32,000 bases of DNA. Source: Allgaiera indica (GTDB lineage: Bacteria; Pseudomonadota; Alphaproteobacteria; Rhodobacterales; Rhodobacteraceae). A program made the position numbers and the translations under genes. Positions 8,467 to 15,576 of the stretch are shown here, piece after piece (position 1 is the stretch's first letter; each line of letters opens with the position of its first letter). The stretch spans positions 14,645 to 46,644 of the forward strand of contig NZ_FNOB01000025.1 in NCBI RefSeq assembly GCF_900106675.1, in the 5' to 3' direction. The notes beneath the pieces were generated by a model that was not told the DNA's origin, searched no databases, and saw only the letters and a list, made by a program, of their open reading frames with translations.

Positions 8467-9300
8467 ATGACGCTTGTCCTCGACATCATCACGACCGCGG
8501 CCATCCTGTTCATCATCGCGACCGGGTTGCTGACCATTTTCGGCGTGCTGAAGATCATCAATTTCGCCCATGGCGCCTGGCTGACGGTGGGGGCCTATTG
8601 TGCCGTCGCGGTTGGCGATCTGGGCTGGAACCCCTGGTTGGCGCTGCCGGTGGCCTTCGTCACCGGCGCGGCGCTGGGCGGACTGACCGAGCGGTTCATC
8701 GTGCGTCCGCTCTATGCCCGGCCGCTGGACGCGATCCTTGCGACCTGGGGTCTGGGGATCATCATCGGCCAGCTCATCACGCTGGGGTTCGGGCGCGACG
8801 TGCAGTTCACCGCGGCACTGCTGCCCGGCACCGCCGATATCCTGGGCACCTCCTATTCGATCTACCGGCTGTTCGCCCTGGCTGCGGCGATCGCGATCGG
8901 GCTGGGCTTTTCGTGGCTGATGGAGGGCACGCGGCTGGGCCTTTCCGCGCGAGCGGTGATCATGAACGAGGCGCTGGCGCGGGCACTGGGCCTTGATACC
9001 CGGCGCATTCGCTGGGTGACCTTCATGATCGGCTGTGGGCTGGCGGCGCTGGCGGGCACGCTGCTGACGCCGCTGACCAGCGTCGATCCCAACATGGGCG
9101 TGGCCTGGCTGGTGGGATCCTTCATGCTGGTCATGGTGGCGGGGCAAAGCTTTGCCGCGCTGGCCCTGGCCTGCCTGCTGCTGGGCGGCGCGCAGGTGAT
9201 CGTGTCGACCTATGTCAGCCCGATCCTGGGGGGGATCACGGTGGCCGTGCTGGCCGCTATCGTGTTGCGCATTTCGCCGAAAGGGTTTTCCCGTGTCTGA
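8467..9300 (+). CDS. Branched-chain-amino-acid/amide ABC transporter permease (LivH-like)
   Basis: AGGAG lies upstream of ATG 8467. The product is a multi-pass hydrophobic protein of typical LivH length (277 aa). Confidence 0.8.
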   Translation: MTLVLDIITTAAILFIIATGLLTIFGVLKIINFAHGAWLTVGAYCAVAVGDLGWNPWLALPVAFVTGAALGGLTERFIVRPLYARPLDAILATWGLGIIIGQLITLGFGRDVQFTAALLPGTADILGTSYSIYRLFALAAAIAIGLGFSWLMEGTRLGLSARAVIMNEALARALGLDTRRIRWVTFMIGCGLAALAGTLLTPLTSVDPNMGVAWLVGSFMLVMVAGQSFAALALACLLLGGAQVIVSTYVSPILGGITVAVLAAIVLRISPKGFSRV

Positions 9301-11086
9301 CACCACGCTTGAAACCGCAACGGCGCCTGCCCGCCGCCGCCGGATGCGCCACCTGTGGATCCTGGCGCTGATCACGGCCGCGCTGGTGATCGCCGGCCCG
9401 CTGTTTCTGGATCGCTTCACCGTCAATGTGCTGACGCGCTCGATGACCTTCGCGATCCTCGCCGTCACCGTCGATCTGCTATGGGGCTTCACCGGCATCC
9501 TGACCTTCGGACAGGCCGCCTTCTTCGGTGCCGGCGCCTATGCGACGGCAATGGTCCTGACCCATCTGGGCAGCACTCCGGGGCTGATGGTGCTGGGGCT
9601 TGTGCTGTCGATCGGGCTTCCGGTTCTGCTGGCGGCCGCGGTGGGTTGGCTGACGTTCTACCCCGGCGCGTCCGATTTCTACGCGACGGTGATATCGCTG
9701 GTGGTGCCGATCGTGGTGACCCAACTGATCTATTCGGGCGGCACCTGGACCGGGTCGAGTTCCGGCCTGGTGGGCTATTTCGCGCTCGACCTCAGCCTTG
9801 GCGGGTATTTCCGGCTTGCCGGGCTCAGCCTGGTGGCGGTGGTCGTGGCGGCGCTGATCTTCGTGCGGTCGGACGCCGGCCGGGTGCTGACCGCGATCCG
9901 CGACAACGAAACGCGCTGCGCCTATCTCGGGATCAGCACCCAGAAGGTGAAGATCGCCCTGACGGCGGTCCTGGCCGGGGTGACCGGCTTTGCCGGGTTC
10001 ATCTACGCGAATTCCTCGGGCGTGGTGGCGCCCGAGAACGCGGGCTTCGTCTTCGGCACGCAACTGGTCGTCTGGACCGCGCTGGGCGGGCGCGGCACAG
10101 TGATCGGCCCGGCCCTCGGGGCGGTGGCGATCGACTATCTCAGCGCGCAGCTGTCCGGCCAGATGCCGTTTCTGTGGCAGTTGGTGATCGGCACGCTGTT
10201 CGTGGTGATGATCATCTTCATGCCCAACGGGCTGGCGGCGCTGGCCACCGGCTGGCGCCGGATGCGGCGGCCCGCGGATGGCGTGTCGCCCGAACTGGTG
10301 GCGCTGCCGCCGCGCGCCGGACGGGGCGGGCCCGCGGGCGCAGAACCGCTTTTGCAGATCGAGAAGCTGGAGAAATCCTACGGCAGCCAGAAGGTGCTGG
10401 AGGATATCACGCTGGAGGTCCGGCGCGGCGAACTGGTCAGCCTGGTCGGCCCGAACGGCGCCGGCAAGACCACGCTGATGCGCTGCATGACCGATGGCAA
10501 GGTCGCCAGCGGCGGTAGCGTACGCATCCATGGCACCGGCATCCACGGCATGGTCCCCGACCAGATCGTCGCGTGCGGCATCGGGCGCAAGTTCCAGGTG
10601 GCCTCGGTTTTCGACAGCCTGACCGTGGCCGAATGCCTGCGCATGGCCCGCGTCTCGCACGAGTCGCCCAGCTTCCTGCGCAGCGCCGACAGCCTTTCGC
10701 TGCCGCAGGCCGCGATCGAGATCCTGCGGCTGACCGGCCTTGACCAGCATCTGGGGCGCGAGGTTTCGTTGCTGTCGCACGGGCAGAAGCAAAGCCTGGA
10801 ACTGGCGATGGTGGTCTCGCTGGAGCCGGAGCTGATCCTGCTGGACGAGCCGACAGCCGGCCTGACGGCGGCCGAGCGCGCGACCATCGGTAAGGTTTTG
10901 GTACGGCTGACATCCGAACTGGGCCTGGCCGCGATCCTGGTCGAGCATGATCTGGATTTCGTGCGCGACATCTCCAGCCGGATCGTGGTGCTGCATCAGG
11001 GCCGGCTGGTGCTGGACGGTACCGTCGAGGAGGTGGTCAATGACGAGATCGTCAAGCGGATCTATTCAGGAGGCGATCATGTCTGA
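9293..11086 (+). CDS. Fused LivM-like permease / LivG-like ATP-binding protein
   Basis: GTG at 9293 overlaps the upstream stop. An alternative ATG is at 9344. The N-terminal ~330 aa are hydrophobic and permease-like. The C-terminal half has Walker A (GPNGAGKTT), a signature-like LSHGQKQ, and Walker B (LILLDEPTAG). Confidence 0.8.
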   Translation: MSDTTLETATAPARRRRMRHLWILALITAALVIAGPLFLDRFTVNVLTRSMTFAILAVTVDLLWGFTGILTFGQAAFFGAGAYATAMVLTHLGSTPGLMVLGLVLSIGLPVLLAAAVGWLTFYPGASDFYATVISLVVPIVVTQLIYSGGTWTGSSSGLVGYFALDLSLGGYFRLAGLSLVAVVVAALIFVRSDAGRVLTAIRDNETRCAYLGISTQKVKIALTAVLAGVTGFAGFIYANSSGVVAPENAGFVFGTQLVVWTALGGRGTVIGPALGAVAIDYLSAQLSGQMPFLWQLVIGTLFVVMIIFMPNGLAALATGWRRMRRPADGVSPELVALPPRAGRGGPAGAEPLLQIEKLEKSYGSQKVLEDITLEVRRGELVSLVGPNGAGKTTLMRCMTDGKVASGGSVRIHGTGIHGMVPDQIVACGIGRKFQVASVFDSLTVAECLRMARVSHESPSFLRSADSLSLPQAAIEILRLTGLDQHLGREVSLLSHGQKQSLELAMVVSLEPELILLDEPTAGLTAAERATIGKVLVRLTSELGLAAILVEHDLDFVRDISSRIVVLHQGRLVLDGTVEEVVNDEIVKRIYSGGDHV

Positions 11087-11801
11087 CCCGGCCCCCGCCG
11101 ACACGGCGGTGCTGTCGCTCGACGGCGTGACCAGCGGCTATGGCCCGATTTCCGTCCTGCAAGGTGTTTCGCTTGCCATTCGGCCCGGCGAGATCTTCGC
11201 GCTGATGGGCAAGAACGGCATGGGCAAGACCACCTTGCTGAAGACCATCCTGGGCGCGATCCGCGCGCGGGGCGGGCGCATCGACTATCGGGGCCGCCCG
11301 ATCCTGGGCGCCGATCCGCGCGCCCTGGTCGAGTCCGGCATCGCCTATGCGCCGCAGGATCAGCCGCTGTTTCAGGACATCTCGATCCGCGACAACCTGC
11401 GTCTTGCGCTGCAGGGCGATCGGCAGCTTGGCGCGGCGCTGGATCGCGTCTATGGGCATTTCCCCTTCCTGCGCGACCGGCTGGGCCAGAAGGCCGGCAC
11501 CCTGTCGGGGGGCGAGCAGAAGATGCTGATCATCGCGCGCGCGCTCATGATGCAGCCCAAGCTGCTGCTGATCGACGAAATCTCGGAAGGGCTGCAGCCG
11601 ACGGTGGTGGCACGCATCGCCCAGGCGCTGCGGCAGGAACGCGAGAGCCGAGGCACCACGATCCTGCTGGTCGAGCAGAACCTGCGTTTTGCCCTTGATG
11701 TGGCGGATCGCTGGGCGGTGCTGAAGCTTGGGGCGATCGAGGATGCGGGCGCGGTGGATGACGGGGCGCATGACAGGATCCTGCGCCATCTGCAGATTTG
11801 A
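11079..11801 (+). CDS. ABC transporter ATP-binding protein (LivF-like)
   Basis: ATG at 11079 follows AGGAGG and overlaps the previous stop by 8 nt. Motifs are GKNGMGKTT, LSGGEQKML and LLLIDEISEGL. Confidence 0.85.
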   Translation: MSDPAPADTAVLSLDGVTSGYGPISVLQGVSLAIRPGEIFALMGKNGMGKTTLLKTILGAIRARGGRIDYRGRPILGADPRALVESGIAYAPQDQPLFQDISIRDNLRLALQGDRQLGAALDRVYGHFPFLRDRLGQKAGTLSGGEQKMLIIARALMMQPKLLLIDEISEGLQPTVVARIAQALRQERESRGTTILLVEQNLRFALDVADRWAVLKLGAIEDAGAVDDGAHDRILRHLQI

Positions 11802-12025
11802 AGGTGGCTGCGTGGATAGATCGGTTCCGCAATGTCTTGGCCGGCTCGGCGTCGGGGCTGCCACCGCCGGATCGCGATGTGCGCCGGCGCCGGGCGCTTT
11901 CTCCAACCAGGAACCTCTGGCGCCGACCGGGCAAGGGCATCGATCCTACCTTCGCCGGTGCTTGCGGATCGCCCCGCCCTGCCTATTCTCAAACTATCTG
12001 CACTCAAACCCCGAAGGAGTCTCTC

Positions 12026-13342
12026 ATGCCGGATGGTAGCAACACACCGTCGCGTCGTAGCGTCGTCGTCTCGGAATTCACCAATAGTGTGCTTGACCCG
12101 AAGGCACCAATGCTGGGCCCGGTCGAGAATGGCGGCACGATCATCGCCAATACCGCGCCCGGGTGCTGGGGGCCGATGATCACGCCGCGCCTGCGCGGCG
12201 GCCACGAGGTGACGCAACCGGTCTTTGTCGAAGGCGCCGAGATCGGCGATGGGGTCGCGATCCGCATCCGCGACATCACTGTGACCTCGATCGCGACCGC
12301 CTCGGGCCATGACAGCTCTCCCGAGGGGTTTTGCGTCGGTGACCCCTATGTCGCCGCGCGCTGCCCGGTCTGCGACACGGTCTGGCCCGAAACCCATGTC
12401 GAGGGCATCGGCCAGGACGCGGTGAAATGCGATGTCTGCGGCAATGCCGTAAAACCCTTCGAGATCGTGCATGGCTATACCGTCACCTTCGACGATACCC
12501 GCGCCGTCGGCCTGACGCTGCCGAAGGAGGCCGCCGAAACCATCGCGCAGCAAGCCGATCATTATTCGGCCCTGCCGGACAACAGCCGCCAGCATTCGAT
12601 CCTGACCTATGCGCCCTCGGGGATGCCGGGCACGCTGGTGCGGATGCGGCCGTTCATGGGGCAGCTTGGCACCTGCCCGTCGATTGCGATGCCCGACAGC
12701 CACAACGCCGGCGATTTTGGCGCCTTCCTCGTCGGCGCGCCGCATAATTACGGCATCACCGCCGAGCAACTGGCCGAACACAAGACCGACGGCCACATGG
12801 ATATCGACGCCGTGCGCGCCGGTGCGATCCTGGTCGCGCCGGTCAAGGTGCCCGGCGCCGGGATCTACATGGGCGACATGCACGCGGGCCAGGGCGATGG
12901 CGAGATCGCCGGCCATACGATGGATGTGTCGGGAAGCGTGACGCTGCAGGTAGAGGTCGTGAAGAACTACCTGCTGGACGGCCCCGTGCTGTTCCCGCTG
13001 GAAGAGGATCTTCCGCCGATGGCCCGGCCCTTCACCGCGGCAGAGATGGCCAAGGGCGCTAAGCTTGCGTCAAAATGGGGCGTGTCCGGGATCGAACCGC
13101 TTGCCCCGATCTCGGTGATCGGCACCGCGGCCAACCTCAACGACGCGATCGAGAACGGGCTTGCGCGTGCGGCCAAGCTGCTGGACATGACCGTCGCCGA
13201 GGTGCGCAATCGCGCCACGATCAACGGCGCGATCGAGATCGGACGCGCCCCCGGGGTGATCCAGGTCACCTTCCTTGCGCCGTTGGCCAGGCTGGATGCC
13301 GTCGGCCTTGGTTCCTATGCGCGTGAGCAATATGGACTCTGA
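12026..13342 (+). CDS. Acetamidase/formamidase (FmdA/AmdA) family amidohydrolase
   Basis: ATG at 12026 with AAGGAG upstream. The track ORF's upstream 76 codons look non-coding. FmdA_AmdA-like blocks are present (GPVEVEGAEPGD-like PVFVEGAEIGDGVAIRI, GDMHAGQGDGEIAG). An embedded CPVC...CDVC motif is also present. Confidence 0.75.
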   Translation: MPDGSNTPSRRSVVVSEFTNSVLDPKAPMLGPVENGGTIIANTAPGCWGPMITPRLRGGHEVTQPVFVEGAEIGDGVAIRIRDITVTSIATASGHDSSPEGFCVGDPYVAARCPVCDTVWPETHVEGIGQDAVKCDVCGNAVKPFEIVHGYTVTFDDTRAVGLTLPKEAAETIAQQADHYSALPDNSRQHSILTYAPSGMPGTLVRMRPFMGQLGTCPSIAMPDSHNAGDFGAFLVGAPHNYGITAEQLAEHKTDGHMDIDAVRAGAILVAPVKVPGAGIYMGDMHAGQGDGEIAGHTMDVSGSVTLQVEVVKNYLLDGPVLFPLEEDLPPMARPFTAAEMAKGAKLASKWGVSGIEPLAPISVIGTAANLNDAIENGLARAAKLLDMTVAEVRNRATINGAIEIGRAPGVIQVTFLAPLARLDAVGLGSYAREQYGL

Positions 13343-13357
13343 ACGCGGGGTCAGCAT

Positions 13358-13377
13358 GGTGGGCCGTGTGGCCCACC
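13358..13377. terminator. Perfect 8-bp GC hairpin, 16 nt after the amidase stop
   Basis: GGTGGGCC-GTGT-GGCCCACC. There is no U-tract on either strand, so function as a terminator is uncertain. Confidence 0.4.
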
Positions 13378-13494
13378 TGCCTTCGCGATAGGTCGCGCCG
13401 GCACCGGATGAAGGCCAGGGTACAGCGGGCGCCGGCCGTTGCGCGGCCACCTTTCAGGGTGCGCTCGCTGCTTCCGATCGCGAAGGTGCCGTGG

Positions 13495-13520
13495 CTTGCG
13501 CGCGGCCGCGCGCAGGTTTC
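13495..13520. terminator. Long GC palindrome between convergent units
   Basis: TGCGCGCGG|CCGCGCGCA (13497-13514), followed on the + strand by GGTTTC. It lies about 45 nt downstream of the ancestral SRPBCC stop on the - strand. Confidence 0.3.
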
Positions 13521-13556
13521 GGGAGCCTCGTGGCATGCAGGCGCGGCGACATGCTG

Positions 13557-13954
13557 TCAGACGCTTTCGGCCAGACATTCCACAAGACGCGGCAGCACGA
13601 CATCTCGTCAGCCCGGCCCCATGTTGTCGAAGGCGAAACGATGCTTCGGATTGGACAGGTCGAACCCGTGATGTTCCGGCCGTAGCACGCAGCCCTCGGC
13701 GGTCGGCGTGATTGTCCAGCGCAGGTCGAAATCCCCGAAGGTGAAGGGCAGGGGCCGGCCGGGGGCGACCTCGGTCACGCGGCAGGGAATCGCGCCCCAG
13801 CGGTCCATCTGCATGACGAATTCATGGCCCTCGATCGGGCGATGTCGCCGGGACGCCACCAGCTGGCGATCCCCGCGGGGGTCGAAATGCGCTGCCACAC
13901 CCGCGCGGGCGAGGCCTTGATGGGCTGTTCGATCACGATGCTTTGCGGTGTCAT
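13557..13954 (-). pseudogene. SRPBCC/AHSA1-family gene disrupted by a frameshift and an in-frame TGA
   Basis: The N-terminus (MTPQSIVIEQPIKASPARVWQRISTPAGIASWWRPGDIA) is in one frame, starting at ATG 13954. The family-like continuation (PIEGHEFVMQMDRWGAIPCRVTEV...FAFDNMGPG) is in another frame, with the switch near the CCC run at 13837-13839. TGA at 13608-13610 sits where Trp is expected (GPGW). The same frame then reads RDVVLPRLVECLAESV to TGA at 13557-13559. Confidence 0.65.
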
Positions 13955-14298
13955 TCCGTATTCTCCTCGATCTGTCCGGCAAGATCGGACATGCGCGCCT
14001 TCCAACAGGCCTCGGACGGTTTCAGCCAACTTCGCAATTCGCGCAGGGGTTCGGCGTTGAGCGCATAGATGCGCTCGCGGCCGGATTTGGTTTCCCGCAC
14101 GAGGTCGGCATTGCGCAAGACCGCAAGGTGTTCGGACACGGACGAGTGGCTGATCTTGAATTCCTGCGCGATCGCGCCCACGGACGCGCCGCGGCCCGCA
14201 ATGCGCGGATCCGGCAGTTTCGCCTTGGCCGGAAAGATCGCGGGTGCTTGGGCTTGCGGACGCGGGACGGTGTGGCCATAATATGGGTGACGAGTCAC
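13951..14298 (-). CDS. ArsR/SmtB-family winged-helix regulator (start uncertain, possibly degenerate)
   Basis: The HTH region is SVGAIAQEFKISHSSVSEHLAVLRNADLVRETKSGRERIYAL. The stop overlaps the SRPBCC ATG (ATGA at 13951-13954). The only nearby in-frame start is GTG at 14298, inside the palindrome. The ATG at 14412 would overlap tetR. Confidence 0.6.
   Translation of the reverse strand: MTRHPYYGHTVPRPQAQAPAIFPAKAKLPDPRIAGRGASVGAIAQEFKISHSSVSEHLAVLRNADLVRETKSGRERIYALNAEPLRELRSWLKPSEACWKARMSDLAGQIEENTE
14254..14282 (+). promoter_or_regulatory. Candidate sigma70-type promoter of the tetR operon
   Basis: TTGCGG (14254-14259), a 17-nt spacer, then CATAAT (14277-14282). The -10 element overlaps the palindromic operator. 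Confidence 0.4.
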
Positions 14299-14305
14299 CC
14301 ATATT
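14280..14305. promoter_or_regulatory. Near-perfect palindromic operator in the arsR/tetR divergent region
   Basis: ATATGGGTGAC-GA-GTCACCCATAT (14281-14304) has 11-bp perfect arms, extendable by one A/T pair to 14280-14305. It ends 9 nt before the tetR ATG. Confidence 0.65.
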
Positions 14306-14314
14306 GGTACCGAA

Positions 14315-14926
14315 ATGGCGAATGTAAGCAAGAAGACCCGAGACGCGACCCGCAAGCGCCTGCTGGCGACCGGCGCCGCGCATCTGGCGCGCGACGGACT
14401 GGAGCGCGCCAATGTCGACGCGATCGCGGTTGCGGCGGGCTATGCGAAGGGCACCTTCTACAATTACTTCGACAGCAAGGAGGCGATGTTCGGCGCGGTG
14501 ATCGCGGAATGGGCGGCTCGGGCGACGGAGATCGAGGCAGAGGCCGATCGCGCCTCGGCCGGGGTCCGCCTGCGCCTGACCGCGCTGGCCGAAGCCGATG
14601 TGCGCGTGGTGCGTGAAAACGAGGACTTCGCCAAGGTCGTGATCCGCGAGGTGCTGGCGTTCCGGCCCGAAACCTATCCGATGGTGATCGCGCAGCTGGA
14701 CCCGTTCGTGGCCAAGGTGGAACAGGTGCTGCACGATGGCGTCGCCGCGGGCGAGATCCGCGACGAGCCTTCGGTGACGCAGCAGGCGATGATGTTCACC
14801 GGGTTGCTCGCGCTTTCATATGTCCAGCATTGGGGCAGCGGCGGCGCCTGGCCCGCGCTGGACGAGGTGCCGGCAATGGTGGTGGGCGTGTTTCTGGACG
14901 GCGCCGCGATGCGGGGCGGGCCATGA
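14315..14926 (+). CDS. TetR/AcrR-family transcriptional regulator
   Basis: The N-terminal HTH is TRKRLLATGAAHLARDGLERANVDAIAVAAGYAKGTFYNYFDSKEAMF. At 203 aa the length is typical. Confidence 0.9.
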   Translation: MANVSKKTRDATRKRLLATGAAHLARDGLERANVDAIAVAAGYAKGTFYNYFDSKEAMFGAVIAEWAARATEIEAEADRASAGVRLRLTALAEADVRVVRENEDFAKVVIREVLAFRPETYPMVIAQLDPFVAKVEQVLHDGVAAGEIRDEPSVTQQAMMFTGLLALSYVQHWGSGGAWPALDEVPAMVVGVFLDGAAMRGGP

Positions 14927-15576
14927 GCAGCTTCGTCTGGATGAAGGTGCTGGAATCGACGCCCGAGCGTTACGACCGCGGCATCGCGATGCTCAGCGGC
15001 GGCCGGATCGCACAGGTCTACGGGCGCATCGCCGCGATCGCCGCCGCGCCCGGGCGGCGGGTGCTCGACATCGGCTGCGGCACGGGCGCGGTCTCCTTCG
15101 CCTGCGCAGAGCGCGGGGCGCTGGTGACCGGCATCGACATCAATGCCGAAATGCTGGAGGTCGCGCGCGCCAAGCCGGTCCCCGAGGGCGGGACGATCGC
15201 CTTCCTTCAGCTTGCGGCGGCCGAGATCGAGGACCGTTTCGAGAAGACGAGCCTCGACGCCGTGGTGTCGTGCCTGGCGTTCTCCGAAATGTCGGAAGAG
15301 GAACAGGATTACGCCCTGGAAATCGCGCGTCGGCGGCTGGTGCCCGGGGGCGTGATCGTGATCGCGGACGAGGCCGCGCCGGCGACGCCCCTGGGTCGCC
15401 TGCTGCACCGCCTGCGCCGGCTTCCGGTGGTGCTGGCGACCTATCTGTTGACCCAGACAAGCACCCGGCCGGTGACGGGCCTGGCCGGGCGGATGCGGGC
15501 CGCGGGTTTTGTCGATGTTTCGCAAGAGCGGATGCTGTCGGACGCGTTCGTGATCGTACGGGGGACGCGGCCGTGA
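14923..15576 (+). CDS. Class I SAM-dependent methyltransferase (Methyltransf_11/25-like, UbiE-like N-terminus)
   Basis: ATG at 14923 overlaps the tetR stop (ATGA). Motif I is VLDIGCGTGAVS. There is an acidic post-I residue (TGIDIN) and motif LVPGGVIVI. Confidence 0.85.
   Translation: MSSFVWMKVLESTPERYDRGIAMLSGGRIAQVYGRIAAIAAAPGRRVLDIGCGTGAVSFACAERGALVTGIDINAEMLEVARAKPVPEGGTIAFLQLAAAEIEDRFEKTSLDAVVSCLAFSEMSEEEQDYALEIARRRLVPGGVIVIADEAAPATPLGRLLHRLRRLPVVLATYLLTQTSTRPVTGLAGRMRAAGFVDVSQERMLSDAFVIVRGTRP

Noticed and set aside
8371-12916. A series of long - strand ORFs (8371..9498, 9479..10996, 11052..11906, 11450..12916) antisense to the ABC transporter and amidase genes
   Set aside because: All are Arg/Gly/Pro/His-rich without motifs. 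The + strand genes carry Walker/ABC signature, permease and FmdA/AmdA motifs plus RBSs and start/stop coupling.
13951-14412. Using the ATG at 14412 as the arsR-like start (153 aa)
   Set aside because: It would add ~38 Arg/Ser/Ala-rich residues, run through the palindromic operator, and overlap the tetR coding region by ~100 nt on the opposite strand. GTG 14298 is more plausible, though itself uncertain.
14820-15572. Upstream part of the 621-aa track ORF (14820..16685) and of the 248-aa ORF (14830..15576) as real coding extensions
   Set aside because: These extensions overlap tetR and the methyltransferase in other frames and are Arg/Gly-rich. Family-like sequence begins only at GTG 15573 and ATG 14923 respectively, each forming a 4-nt overlap with the preceding stop.
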